64,000 nucleotides of DNA, taken from the NCBI GenBank assembly GCA_963702435.1, contig CAVPCR010000001.1:864001-928000 (forward strand). Reading direction: 5' to 3'. The notes under the pieces are model-generated. The model did not search any database and was not told the DNA's origin. It worked only from the letters and a program-made list of their open reading frames with translations. Of the stretch, positions 10,210 through 20,664 are shown piece after piece; positions within the stretch are counted from its first letter, which is position 1, and each line of letters opens with the position of its first letter. This stretch comes from Candidatus Eiseniibacteriota bacterium (GTDB lineage Bacteria; Eisenbacteria; RBG-16-71-46; CAVPCR01). The position numbers and the translations under genes are program-made.

Positions 10210-10899
10210 CTACACCACGGCCCCGAACAGGCGGCCGATCGCATACGTGATCGCCATGGCGAGGGCGCCCCAGAAGGTGACGCGCAGGACCCCGGTCGCG
10301 GCCCGGGCGCCGCCGGCGCGGGCGGCCAGGCCGCCGAGTCCGGCCAGGAACACGAGCGACATCCCGGTCACGATCGGGGCCAGTGCCGAAGTCGGCGCCA
10401 TCGCCGCGCACAGGAGCGGCAGCGCGGCGCCGACGGCGAACGTGCCCGCCGACGCGAGGGCCGCCTGGACCGGGCGGGCGCGTTGCAGATCGGAGATGCC
10501 GAGCTCATCCCGGGCGTGGGACCCGAGCGCGTCGTGCGCCATCAGCTGGTCGGCCACCTGTGTTGCGAGAGCCGGTTCGAGACCCCGACCGACGTAGATC
10601 GACGCCAGCTCCGCGCGCTCGTGCTCCTCGTCGGTGGCCAGTTCCCGGCGCTCGCGGGCGAGATCCGCTCCCTCGGTATCGGCCTGCGAGCTGACCGAGA
10701 CATACTCGCCGGCCGCCATGGACATGGCGCCGGCGACCAGTCCGGCCACACCGGCGACGAGCACGTCACCCCTGGCGGCACCGGAGCCGGCGACGCCGAG
10801 GACCAGACTCGCAGTGGACACGACGCCGTCGTTCGCGCCCATGACTGCCGCCCGCAACCATCCGATGCGATCCGAGCGATGGCGTTCCGTGTGTCTCAT
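10210..10899 (-). CDS. VIT1/CCC1 family Fe/Mn transporter
   Basis: WLRAAVMGANDGVVS, AGAMSMAAGEYVSVSSQ, HARDELG. Confidence 0.93.
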   Translation of the reverse strand: MRHTERHRSDRIGWLRAAVMGANDGVVSTASLVLGVAGSGAARGDVLVAGVAGLVAGAMSMAAGEYVSVSSQADTEGADLARERRELATDEEHERAELASIYVGRGLEPALATQVADQLMAHDALGSHARDELGISDLQRARPVQAALASAGTFAVGAALPLLCAAMAPTSALAPIVTGMSLVFLAGLGGLAARAGGARAATGVLRVTFWGALAMAITYAIGRLFGAVV

Positions 10900-10970
10900 G
10901 GGCGTTACCGTCTCCTTCCATCCATGGCGGGCGGCGCCGGGCCGGCGGTGCGCGGCTCGGGCGGCCCCGG

Positions 10971-13900
10971 TCAGATCTTCGGCCTGGGCGGCGCCCCCCC
11001 GGGCAAGAGCGTGATCCAGAAATCGCGCGGGTAGAGACGAACGACGGGGACGGGACGGCCGAAGCTCTCTCGCAGGTAGTCCTCGTAGGACCTGAACTGC
11101 TTCTCGGGGCCGATGATGACCGACTGCCTCTCCTCGATGTCCGCTCCCGCCCCGGCCGAATCCGCCGCCGCCCCGGACCCGGGCACGACCGATCCATAGA
11201 CGGACGCCATGCGCAAGCGCAGCTCATCGTAGAGACCGGGCCTCGAGCGCAGCGCGAGGAGCTGCGTGCGAAAAGCCCTCACCGCCTCCGGGGTGACGCC
11301 GTCGGCGAGGTCGGCCGCCATGGCCTCGCCGCGCGCCTCGTACCGCTGCGCCCCACGATACGGCCCGAACGCCTGGGCGAGCGCGTACTCGCCGAGGGCC
11401 GTGTCGCGCGGCGCGGTCGCGAGCTCGTCCCGGACGAAGCGCATGGTCGTCGCGAGATCGGGAGAGCGCTCCGCGTAGTAGGAGAGCCGGCCCGACGCCG
11501 GGTTCGAGCCGACCCCGTTCGAATACGCGAGCCCCGCTCCCCAGGTCTTCATGAAGAGGCTGTGCGCACCGCCGCCGCCCTGGAGCTGTGCTGCGAGGAA
11601 GCGGAGGAGCGACTCGCGATCGGTGTCCAGATAGCTCGGCGCCTTGACCGTGTTCATGACGACGCCGGCCCGCGTCGACTCGTTCAGGAGGCCGGCATAG
11701 ACCGGACGACCGCCGGCGCCGCTCGCCGCCCGCGCGAGCTCCGGATGCCGATCGCTCGCCCGCGCCACGATCCGCGGCACCGCGGGATAGTCCTGCCGGA
11801 CCGTGGGCTCCGGGCCGAGGCGGTCGGTGAGACGACCGAGGCGCGACGCGAGCTCCGCCGCGAGCGCCGGGTTCGACACGAGGAAGCCGCGCACGTTGTC
11901 GGCACGGAGGAGAAGATCGCGGGTCGCCAAGATGCGGGCGAGCGCCGCCGGCGGCGGCACGGCGAGATCGGCTGCCATCTCGAGGCAGAGCGCGCGCCAG
12001 TCCGCGGCGAGCGTCTCGTCGGGGAGCGCGGCGAGGCTCTGCCGCAGATCGCGCCCCGCCTCCCGGGCCACGAGCGCCGCGGCCCCCGAGAGGACGGCGG
12101 CATCGGCCGCCAGGTCGCGCGCCGCGGCGGACAGCGCCGGCGCCGCGGCGGACAGCGCCGGCGGCACGGCGCCGGGCGCGGCCGGCTCGGCAAGCGCCCC
12201 GGCCAGGGCGAGGAGCCCCGCTCGATCGGCCGTCTCGCCACAATCGGCGAGCGAGCGCAAGAATTCACCGGCGGCGGCGAGCTCGGCGGGCGAGCCCGGA
12301 TCCATGAGCTGCCAGCGCAGGCGGAGGAGCGCGTGCTCCTGCGTGAGGAAGCAGTCGGCGAGGAGGAGAGCCGGATCGTCCTGCCGCCAGTAGGCGCTCC
12401 CCACCTCGTCGACCCACGTCTCTTCCCACCCGCGCATGCGCTCGCGCGCGCCGGCGAGGGCGGCATCGATCGCATCGCGGATGCGCGGCAGGTTCTCGCT
12501 GCGCCAGTCGGCGGCGAAGAGGACGGTCTCGATCCAGTCGAGCGCCGCGAGCGACTCCGTCCGATCGGAGCCGGCACCGCGCACGACGATCTCGGCGCGC
12601 CCGCTCCGGTGATTGACACTCGGATACGCAGCGAGCTCGAGCACCTCGCGGCGGAGCGCCTCCTTCATCGTGGTGTAGGACAGCGTCTCTCCGCCGCGCA
12701 CGGCGCCGACATCGGTCAACAAGGTCGGGAGCGCCGGCACGCAGGCGAGGAGCGACTCGGGCACGGCATCGAGGCGAAAGGCGAGGCCCACCGTCGCCCC
12801 CGACATGTGGTCGAAGGTGGATGTCACGAGGCCCCCCGCCCGCCCGCCGGGGAAATCGCCGACCCGATAGTGGAGCTCATCATCGAGCGTGAGCGGCGGA
12901 TCGGCGACAAACGGCGGCAGGGCGACGGCTCGCGCCGCCCCCTCGATCTCGGCGGTCGCCAGGTCGTACTCCGCCTTGAAGCGCCCGATCGCCTGGTCGC
13001 GGCTCTCCGCGTCGTACTGCTCCTCGAGGCGGATGGCGAACTCCTCGACGCGCGCGGCCCGCGCCGCCTCCGAGTGGGCGAGCAGATCGGGATTCGGCCG
13101 CGCGGCGACGACGACCGGCAGCCGGCGGGCGATCGCGAGCCGCTCGATCGTGCCGCGCCACACGTTGCGGTCGGCGGCGAGCGCCTTGGCGACCGCGCCG
13201 AACTCCGCCTCGAGCGCGAGCGACTTCCGCGGTCCAGCCACGCCCTGGAGGCGGGTCAGATGCTCCATCCAGGCGGCGCCCATGTTGCGGGCGCCGAACC
13301 CGGGCGGGGAGTCGAGGAACTTGCGGAGCTCGCGCTCCTGCTCGCGGAGTCGATTGGCGGCCCGCTCGTTGTAGGCACGGAGCTCGGCCGACCCGTCGGG
13401 CAGCGCGGCGACGCGCTCGAGCTCGGCGACGACGAGGGCGCGCACCGCGGCGAGGTCCCGCTCCGTCATCAGGCCGGGCCGCACGTTCTGGAGCCCGACG
13501 TAGAACGGGCGGCCCGGGTCCTCGGTCGTCCAGCCGAACACGGCGCTCGCGCCCAGGTCCATCACCCGCGTCTCCGAATCGATGAAGATGCGATGGAGAT
13601 CGGACGTCTCGCCCCCGGCCAGGTTCCGGACGAGGAGATCGAGGAGCATCGCATCGACCACCTCCAGATCGTGGAGCGGCGCCCAGCCGAGGAGCAGGAT
13701 CCCGGGCTCGTTCGGATTCTGGTGCGGGAACTCGACAATCGCGATCGTGCCGGGAGCGGCGGGGGCCGGGGCCGGGAGCCGCTCGGCGGTGGTGGCCGGA
13801 TCGGGGCCGGGACGCGCCGCCGGCTCGATCCGCTTGAGGATCGCGCTCACGCGCCCGAGGCAGTCCGCGAGCGGGACCGCGTCCGGGATCGACATCACCA

Positions 13901-14720
13901 GGCCCATGTTCGAGAGATGATGCGTCGCCGCCAGGAACTCCCGCATGTGGCCGGGCACCATCGTGCGGATCGAATCGGGGAAGCCGCCGGAGGAGAGGGC
14001 CATCGGATGGCGCGGGCCGTACTGGAGGTGATCCATCGCCCGGGCGAGCGGGCCCCACGGCCGTTCGAAGCTCGTGACCATCTCGTTGTAGACGGTCCCC
14101 TTCTCCTCGAGGCGCGCAACGCCGGTCGCCGGATCGACGGCGACCCCCATGTGGCATACCTCGCGCCGGATCTCCTCGTCGGTGAAGTCGGGATGGATCA
14201 TCGCCTCAAGCTTGGCGGCGAGGAGATCGTAGAAGGCCTCGGCGCCGGCGGCGGTGTGGAAGTGGTAGCAGGTGCGCAGCCGCATCGTGAACGCGGAGCT
14301 CGTCCCGAGCGACATGTCCTCGAGCGAGGCCACGGCGCGCCCGCGGTTGCCCTTGCCGAGGAGAAGGTGCTCGCAGGTGTGCGGCTCGCCACGATCGGAG
14401 GACGGCGTCGAGTTGACCCACATGAAGGCCTGCGGCACCGACTGGATGCGGAGGCCATCGAGCACGAGGCCGCTCGGCGTGTGCCGGAAGCGGGCGCCCA
14501 TCGCGCTGCCGGTGGCGGCGAGGTAGATCGATTCGACCCGGAAGTCGGCGATCGTGGTCCCCGGGGCGAGGTCGGCGAAGTCGCGATCGGCCGCGGGGGC
14601 GGCAGCGCGGGCGCCGGCGGCAGCGCGGGCGCCGGCGGCAGCGAGCACGGTGGCGAAAAGAACCGCGAGACCGAGCAACAGGCGTCCGCCCCGGAGCGGG
14701 AGCGGGCAGCGATTCGACAT
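10971..14720 (-). CDS. Large secreted M16 (inverzincin, presequence-protease-like) zinc peptidase
   Basis: Signal peptide; inverted zinc motif HTCEH; KGTVYNEM; SSGG.P; C-terminal GAGLAY. Confidence 0.8.
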   Translation of the reverse strand: MSNRCPLPLRGGRLLLGLAVLFATVLAAAGARAAAGARAAAPAADRDFADLAPGTTIADFRVESIYLAATGSAMGARFRHTPSGLVLDGLRIQSVPQAFMWVNSTPSSDRGEPHTCEHLLLGKGNRGRAVASLEDMSLGTSSAFTMRLRTCYHFHTAAGAEAFYDLLAAKLEAMIHPDFTDEEIRREVCHMGVAVDPATGVARLEEKGTVYNEMVTSFERPWGPLARAMDHLQYGPRHPMALSSGGFPDSIRTMVPGHMREFLAATHHLSNMGLVMSIPDAVPLADCLGRVSAILKRIEPAARPGPDPATTAERLPAPAPAAPGTIAIVEFPHQNPNEPGILLLGWAPLHDLEVVDAMLLDLLVRNLAGGETSDLHRIFIDSETRVMDLGASAVFGWTTEDPGRPFYVGLQNVRPGLMTERDLAAVRALVVAELERVAALPDGSAELRAYNERAANRLREQERELRKFLDSPPGFGARNMGAAWMEHLTRLQGVAGPRKSLALEAEFGAVAKALAADRNVWRGTIERLAIARRLPVVVAARPNPDLLAHSEAARAARVEEFAIRLEEQYDAESRDQAIGRFKAEYDLATAEIEGAARAVALPPFVADPPLTLDDELHYRVGDFPGGRAGGLVTSTFDHMSGATVGLAFRLDAVPESLLACVPALPTLLTDVGAVRGGETLSYTTMKEALRREVLELAAYPSVNHRSGRAEIVVRGAGSDRTESLAALDWIETVLFAADWRSENLPRIRDAIDAALAGARERMRGWEETWVDEVGSAYWRQDDPALLLADCFLTQEHALLRLRWQLMDPGSPAELAAAGEFLRSLADCGETADRAGLLALAGALAEPAAPGAVPPALSAAAPALSAAARDLAADAAVLSGAAALVAREAGRDLRQSLAALPDETLAADWRALCLEMAADLAVPPPAALARILATRDLLLRADNVRGFLVSNPALAAELASRLGRLTDRLGPEPTVRQDYPAVPRIVARASDRHPELARAASGAGGRPVYAGLLNESTRAGVVMNTVKAPSYLDTDRESLLRFLAAQLQGGGGAHSLFMKTWGAGLAYSNGVGSNPASGRLSYYAERSPDLATTMRFVRDELATAPRDTALGEYALAQAFGPYRGAQRYEARGEAMAADLADGVTPEAVRAFRTQLLALRSRPGLYDELRLRMASVYGSVVPGSGAAADSAGAGADIEERQSVIIGPEKQFRSYEDYLRESFGRPVPVVRLYPRDFWITLLPGGAPPRPKI

Positions 14721-14813
14721 GGCGCATCCTCTCGACTGGAAGGAGATCCGGGCGGGAGAGAGGATGACAGGGACCCGCGGCGGGGACAAGGATGTCCCTC
14801 GCCGCGCGCGACG

Positions 14814-15527
14814 CTATGCCAGGTCGAACACGAGGACCTCGGACTCCGCGGAACCGGGCCCGCCGGCGATCCGGAGCCGGTCCTCGCCGCTCACCGCCGC
14901 GCCGTCTCCCGCCCCGAGCGCGACCCCGTTCAGCTCGACGCCGCCGCGCGCGACCTGGATCCAGGCGTGCCGGCCCGGGGCGAGCGCGTGCTCGACCGCG
15001 GCGCCCGGCGCCAGCAGCGAGGCATAGACCGCGGCGTCCTGGTGGATGGTGACCGCCCCGTCCTGCCCGCCATGGGCTGCGATGAGACGCAGCTTTCCGC
15101 GGCGCTCCGCCGCCGGGAACGCGCGCTGCTCGTACTCCGGGGTGATCCCTCTCTGCTCGGGCAGGATCCAGATCTGGAGGAGATGCACGCGCTCGGCCGG
15201 GGATGGGTTGAACTCGCTGTGGAGGACGCCGGTGCCGGCGCTCATGCGCTGCACCTCGCCGGGGCGGATGCGGGAGCCGTTCCCCATGCTGTCCTTGTGC
15301 TCGAGCTCGCCGGCCAGGAGATAGGTGATGATCTCCATGTCGCGATGGGGATGCATGCCGAAGCCCTGCCCCGGCTCGACCCGGTCCTCGTTGATCACGC
15401 GGAGCGTGCGGAACCCCATGTGGTCGGGATCCCGGTACTCGCCGAACGAGAAGGTGTGCCAGGTGTCGAGCCAGCCCATGTCGAAGTGGCCGCGCTCGGC
15501 GGCCGGTCGTCTGGTGATCATGGCCAA
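14814..15527 (-). CDS. Pirin family protein (YhhW-like)
   Basis: WLDTWHTFSF, LRVINED, HPHRDMEI, MSAGTGVLHSEFN, LQIWI. Confidence 0.95.
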   Translation of the reverse strand: MAMITRRPAAERGHFDMGWLDTWHTFSFGEYRDPDHMGFRTLRVINEDRVEPGQGFGMHPHRDMEIITYLLAGELEHKDSMGNGSRIRPGEVQRMSAGTGVLHSEFNPSPAERVHLLQIWILPEQRGITPEYEQRAFPAAERRGKLRLIAAHGGQDGAVTIHQDAAVYASLLAPGAAVEHALAPGRHAWIQVARGGVELNGVALGAGDGAAVSGEDRLRIAGGPGSAESEVLVFDLA

Positions 15528-15620
15528 CCCTTCCTCATGCCATGCGACATGCTATGCGACTCCATAATACTGAGGCTCCGGGCCTTCCCCCCGCACGTCA
15601 ACAGGATGTAAATTGTGCCC

Positions 15621-16397
15621 ATGCCCACACCGAAGCCCGGAAGCCGCCCCGATCTCATCGCCGGCCGCCCCCGTCCCTACGTCATGGCCCACCGCGGGGA
15701 TCCGGACCATGCGCCGGAGAACACGCTCGCCGCATTCCGGCTCGCCGCCGCGGCCGGGGCGGATATCATCGAGACCGATCTCTGGTTCTCGGCCGACGGC
15801 CACCTCGTCTGTCATCACGACGAGACGCTCGAGCGGATGACCGGCGATCCGCGCCGCGTGAACGATGTCCCCCTCGCCGAGATCCAGCGCCTTCCGATCC
15901 GCTCGCGCTTCGATGCCGACTTCCCCGCGGAGCGCGTGCCCTCGCTTGCCGAGGTCCTCGCCACCGTCCCGCCCGCGATCATCCTCGCTCTCGAGCTCAA
16001 GGACCCGCGCTTCGGCGCCGACCCGGCGGCCGCCGCCGCGCTCGCCCGTGCCATCGCGGAGCGGATCGCAGCGCGCACGGTCTTCGTCATCTCGTTCGAT
16101 CTGGGGCGCGTCCTCCGCGTCAAGGCGGCGGCCCCCGCGTGCCGCGGCGGCCACATCTCGCTCCGGAATCCGCTGCCGACACAGCCGACCGAGTTCCTCG
16201 GGCCGTACTGGCGGCTCCTCGCGCTCAATCCGTTCTACGTCCGTCTCGCGCACCGGCGCGGGCAGTGGGTCTGCCCGCTCGATCCCGACCTCGACCGCCG
16301 CCTCGGTCGCTACCTCGCGCTCGGCGTGGACGCCGTCCTCACCAACGATCCCGGCGGCACGCGCGCCCGCATCGCAGCGCTCCGCGCGGCACGATGA
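15621..16397 (+). CDS. Glycerophosphodiester phosphodiesterase
   Basis: AHRG, PENTLAAF, ETD, HHD, ELK, GVDAVLTNDP. Confidence 0.9.
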   Translation: MPTPKPGSRPDLIAGRPRPYVMAHRGDPDHAPENTLAAFRLAAAAGADIIETDLWFSADGHLVCHHDETLERMTGDPRRVNDVPLAEIQRLPIRSRFDADFPAERVPSLAEVLATVPPAIILALELKDPRFGADPAAAAALARAIAERIAARTVFVISFDLGRVLRVKAAAPACRGGHISLRNPLPTQPTEFLGPYWRLLALNPFYVRLAHRRGQWVCPLDPDLDRRLGRYLALGVDAVLTNDPGGTRARIAALRAAR

Positions 16398-17626
16398 ACG
16401 TGCCTGACCACGCGCCGCATGACGGGTGGCGCCGCCTCGTCGTGCTCTTCTCGGCCGCCGGCTTCGTCGAGGCCATGTTCTGGGGCCAGATGGGCGCCTT
16501 CACGCCGCTCCACCTGCCCCGCCTCGGCGTGGCGGCGGCGGATGTCCCTGCCTGGACCGGCGCCATCGCCGCCCTCTCGGCTCTCCTCGGCCTCCCCTTC
16601 CTCCCCTTCTGGGGCGCGCTCGCCGATCGCTACGGGCGGAAGCCGATCATCGTGCGCTCGTTCGTCGCGCACTTCCTCGCCGGGCTCGTCACGCTGGCGG
16701 CCCCGAACCTCGCCGTCTTCGTGATCGGGCGCGCCTTCATGAGCTTCTCCCTCGGCAACTCGGGCCTCATGATGACAACGCTCGCCGAGCGCGTGCCGGC
16801 GGGCCGGCTCGGCCTCGCCTTCACCATCATGAACACCGCGGCCCCGATCGGCGTCTTCGTCGGCCCGCTCGCCGGCGGGCCGCTGGTCGATCGCTTCGGT
16901 CTTCCGGCCGTGCTCGCCCTCGACACGGCGCTCCTCGGCGCCGTGATCGTCGCGCTGGTCCTCGGCTACCGCGATCCCTACCGGGGCACGTCACGCGAGT
17001 CGCTCCTCAGCATGGCGCTCGATTCAGTGGCGTTGATCGGACGCTCGGCGCGCCTCCGCGCCCTCTTTCCGGCGCTCTTCTTCCTGTTCGCGGGCTGGAT
17101 GCTGGCCATGACCTACGTGCCGCTCGCGGTCACCGCGCTCTACGCGGGCCGCGATCCCGGCACCGCCGTCGGCATCGTCCTCGGCGCGAGCGGGCTCGTC
17201 GCGGTCGTCCTCGGCCCCGCCCTCGGTGCGCTCGCCGATCGCACGAGCCACTGGCGTGTCGTCTTCGCCGGTTCGGCGGTCTGCGTCGTCCTGTGGCCGC
17301 TCCCCGCGCTGGCGCCCGATCTCGCGCGCTTCACCGTGGCCTGGATGGTGTTGAACGGCCTCACCGCCGGCGTGTTCGCGCTCTCGTTCAGCCTCCTCGC
17401 GAGCTCCGCTCCGGCGGGCGCCCGCGGCCGGGTGATGACCTTCGCCTATCTCCCGGTCAACGTCGGGAGCCTGGTCGGGCCGGCGATCGGGAGCGCCATC
17501 ACGCGCACGAGCGTGTTCGCCGTGTTCCCGGCGGCGGCGGTGTTCACGGCCCTCGGGCTCCTCGTTCTCGTCGTGGCGAAACGCACCGGGGTCGATGGCG
17601 GGCCGGGAGCCGCGAGCTCGGGGTGA
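16394..17626 (+). CDS. MFS transporter
   Basis: WGALADRYGRK motif A, repeated as LGALADR; about 12 hydrophobic segments; ATGA overlap with the GDPD gene. Confidence 0.88.
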   Translation: MNVPDHAPHDGWRRLVVLFSAAGFVEAMFWGQMGAFTPLHLPRLGVAAADVPAWTGAIAALSALLGLPFLPFWGALADRYGRKPIIVRSFVAHFLAGLVTLAAPNLAVFVIGRAFMSFSLGNSGLMMTTLAERVPAGRLGLAFTIMNTAAPIGVFVGPLAGGPLVDRFGLPAVLALDTALLGAVIVALVLGYRDPYRGTSRESLLSMALDSVALIGRSARLRALFPALFFLFAGWMLAMTYVPLAVTALYAGRDPGTAVGIVLGASGLVAVVLGPALGALADRTSHWRVVFAGSAVCVVLWPLPALAPDLARFTVAWMVLNGLTAGVFALSFSLLASSAPAGARGRVMTFAYLPVNVGSLVGPAIGSAITRTSVFAVFPAAAVFTALGLLVLVVAKRTGVDGGPGAASSG

Positions 17627-17644
17627 GGGGGACGGCCGCGCCGC

Positions 17645-19588
17645 TCAGTCCGCGAGGATGTGGACCAGGACCCGCCACTGCCCGTTCTCGCGGGCCCAGT
17701 GCAGCTTGAAGACCGCCGAGCCCTCTCCCGTGGCAGGCCCGCAACGGAACACGGCGAGGTAGTGGTTCCCGTAGTTCTCGTCGCCCTCCACGGGCGCCAC
17801 GCTGTCGGCATCCTGCCACTCGCGCTCGCAGTCCATCGTCACCCCGATATGATCGGGCAGCACGAGCAGCGCGAAGGCGCCGGCGTGCGGATGCATCACC
17901 AGGCGGGTCGCCGCGCTCACCGGCGCGACTTGCTCCAGACACTCCTCGAGTGCTGACGGCTTTCCGACGGCAACGGCCACCCGATCCATCCTGTCGCGAG
18001 TCTGCGCTCGCTGATCGGCCGGCACGGATAGCGGCACGTCCCCCGGCGGCAGATCCAGATTGACGCACGCGAGGCTCTGGTCCGCCAGATAGGCCAGGGC
18101 CGCTGCCAGGTCGCGCCGGACGAACCATGCTTCCAGGAACTCGGTGGTCGCCTGGACCACGGCCGGATCACCCGGCACGCGGAGGATATCGTCGTCGCTC
18201 TCCTCGATCGCCGGACGCACATCCGGGATCGCCGCCCAGCTCGGATCCGCCTGCAGGCGGAACGACTCGATCCGCCAGATGCCGGCGTCCTTGTACCACA
18301 CTTGCAGCACGGGGAACCCGCGGCGGCCCTGGGCATGGAGGACGAAGGAAGCGACATACCGCCCGCTCGACTTGATTTTGTAGCCGACCGCCCCCGTCTC
18401 CTCGGCTCCCGCGGCCGCATCCGGGTCGCCGCACTGGTAGCCCGGCACCGCCGCCGGCACTTCATAGAGCGTGAAGAGGTCTCCGTGGTGCTGCTTGACG
18501 CGGCGCAGGCGAGAGTCCGGGACGTCGACCGGGGCGACCACGTCGCCCAGGTTCGCGACCTGCCCGAGGGCCTGGCTTGCCGCCTGCATGTCCTTCAGCT
18601 TGCGGGCCAGCGCCGCCGCCCGATCCACCGTCTGTGCCGGTTCCGCCGCCGGCACGCAATCGAATGCCTGCTCCGAGACGTAGCCCAGCGAACGCCACGG
18701 CTCCCGCTCGACGAGCCACGAGGCGAGATAATCGTGTACGGCGTCCTCGATGCGGCCCTTAGCGTGGCGCGGCAGCTCGATCTCCTCGCCGACCGCCGCG
18801 GGCGGCGCCCCCCCGGCCACGCCCTCCGCAATCGACGCGAACAGGTTTTGCCACCAGCTCGTGAGCCCGACCCACCGTCCGTTGTGACGATCGATGTTGT
18901 TCCCCGCGCGGATGTCCGAGTTCGCCGCAGTGAGGTGGCCGTCGAAGAGCGCGACGGCGAAGAAGGACGAGCGATAGTCGACATCGATATCGGCATACCG
19001 GCCGTCCCGGGTCATCGAGATCTGGATCGACGGAGCACCCTTGCCCTGCCGGTAATTGAGCGGATAGCTCTTGTGGAATACCGTGTTGTCATGGCAGCGC
19101 GTGAACTCCCGGCACTCCTCGAGCGTGGCGAGGGCGTCGGCCCTGAGCTCGACGTAGATGCGAAACTGCAGGTCTCCCCGCGCGCCGGGCACCCGCCCCT
19201 TGATGTGATCGAGCTTCCCGATCAGATCGAGCGCCGTGCCCAGGGTGTCTCCGGCCTGGCCGGTCAGCGTCGACCTGGAGAGCGCATGGGTGACCGCCTC
19301 GAAGGTCGTGCGCAGCGAGATCGGAACCTGGTTGTAGACCGCCACGGCCTCGAAATCCGTATCCTGCGCCTCGTTGAAGCGCCGGACCCAGTCGTCGAGG
19401 AGCGCCTGCTGGCGGGGCGAGAGGTCGGCGTAGTGGCCGCCGAAGACGAAGCTCGCCGCGGATCCGGGAGCGTTCGCGGCCGGGGTCTGGGCGGAGGCGA
19501 TTCCGGCCGCGAGGACCAGGGCGAGAAGGAACGGGATCGGAAGGCGCCAGGAGCGCCGCGGGTGCGGCGGCGCGTAGACTCGGTTCAT
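17645..19588 (-). CDS. Secreted hypothetical protein with an internal C-terminal duplication
   Basis: Long ORF with protein-like composition and a signal peptide; conserved-looking core (HDNTVFHKSYPLNYRQ, ADIDVDYRSS, GHLTAANSD). Confidence 0.75.
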   Translation of the reverse strand: MNRVYAPPHPRRSWRLPIPFLLALVLAAGIASAQTPAANAPGSAASFVFGGHYADLSPRQQALLDDWVRRFNEAQDTDFEAVAVYNQVPISLRTTFEAVTHALSRSTLTGQAGDTLGTALDLIGKLDHIKGRVPGARGDLQFRIYVELRADALATLEECREFTRCHDNTVFHKSYPLNYRQGKGAPSIQISMTRDGRYADIDVDYRSSFFAVALFDGHLTAANSDIRAGNNIDRHNGRWVGLTSWWQNLFASIAEGVAGGAPPAAVGEEIELPRHAKGRIEDAVHDYLASWLVEREPWRSLGYVSEQAFDCVPAAEPAQTVDRAAALARKLKDMQAASQALGQVANLGDVVAPVDVPDSRLRRVKQHHGDLFTLYEVPAAVPGYQCGDPDAAAGAEETGAVGYKIKSSGRYVASFVLHAQGRRGFPVLQVWYKDAGIWRIESFRLQADPSWAAIPDVRPAIEESDDDILRVPGDPAVVQATTEFLEAWFVRRDLAAALAYLADQSLACVNLDLPPGDVPLSVPADQRAQTRDRMDRVAVAVGKPSALEECLEQVAPVSAATRLVMHPHAGAFALLVLPDHIGVTMDCEREWQDADSVAPVEGDENYGNHYLAVFRCGPATGEGSAVFKLHWARENGQWRVLVHILAD

Positions 19589-19764
19589 CAGGTGACGGAG
19601 CTCCGGAGAGGTTTCGGTTTTTGTCGGGCGGCAGTCGATCACGGGGTCGATCGAACTGCGGTAGGATCCGGGCGGGCGCGCCTGCATCCCGGCCGGAAGA
19701 CCGTGACCCGCCACGGCGGAGGCGGCGATCCGGGTGGGCGGGGCAGCCGAGGGAGGACCGAGAG

Positions 19765-20649
19765 ATGCTTCGCCGAGTCATCGCGTCGCTCGCCGTCGCC
19801 GGCCTCGCGTTCGCGGCATCCGTCCGCGCAGAGCACATCACGGTGACGGGCTCTGACACCATGCTCCCCCTCGCCGAGCGCTGGGCCGAGGCGTACATGG
19901 CCGCGCACCCTGATGTCGACATCCAGGTGAGCGGAGGCGGCACGAGCACCGGGATCGCCGCGCTTCTCGACCGGACCGCGGACATCGCCAGCGCGGGCCG
20001 CCAGATCAGGGGGGTGGAAACCAAGGCTGCCCGCGCCGCCGGCATCGAGCCTGCCGAGATCAAGGTCGCGATGAGCGCCCTGGCCATCGCCGTGCACAAG
20101 GACAACCCGATCAACGAGCTCACGATGAACCAGCTGAAGGCGATCTACACGGGCGCCATCAACAACTGGCGTGATCTCGACGGCCCGAGTCACGGCATCG
20201 TTCGCTACTGCCGCGAGCCGAACACCGCCACCTACGACTTCTTCAAGGAGCACGCGCTGGGCAATCGGGAATACGCCCCCGATTGCCGGGCCATGCCGGG
20301 CCCCGCCGCCATCGACAGCGCCGTGACCGGCGATCCGGCCGCCATCGGGTACGGTGCGTCCGCCTACTTCCTGAACCAGTACGGCATCAAGGTCTTGAAG
20401 CTGCGGAAGGACAAGAACGCGCCGGCCATCGCTCCCATCACATCCGACGGGAAGTCGCTCGACTTCGCGGTCATCTATGCGGGCACCTACCCGTTGACCC
20501 GTACCCTCTACTGCTACACGGCCGGCAAGCCCGCGGGCGCGGTGGCCGCGTACCTCGACTGGATCATCGGCCCGGAGGGCCAGAGGATCGCCGCGGAGAT
20601 GGGTTTCGCCCCGCTCCCTCCGAGCGCGCCCGCGGAGAAGCCGCACTGA
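19765..20649 (+). CDS. pstS: PstS-like phosphate-binding periplasmic protein (orphan)
   Basis: Signal peptide; GSDTM, GGGTSTG, VHKDNP, AIGY, YPLTRTLY, GPEGQ. Confidence 0.8.
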   Translation: MLRRVIASLAVAGLAFAASVRAEHITVTGSDTMLPLAERWAEAYMAAHPDVDIQVSGGGTSTGIAALLDRTADIASAGRQIRGVETKAARAAGIEPAEIKVAMSALAIAVHKDNPINELTMNQLKAIYTGAINNWRDLDGPSHGIVRYCREPNTATYDFFKEHALGNREYAPDCRAMPGPAAIDSAVTGDPAAIGYGASAYFLNQYGIKVLKLRKDKNAPAIAPITSDGKSLDFAVIYAGTYPLTRTLYCYTAGKPAGAVAAYLDWIIGPEGQRIAAEMGFAPLPPSAPAEKPH

Positions 20650-20664
20650 CGAGGAGATCGACTC

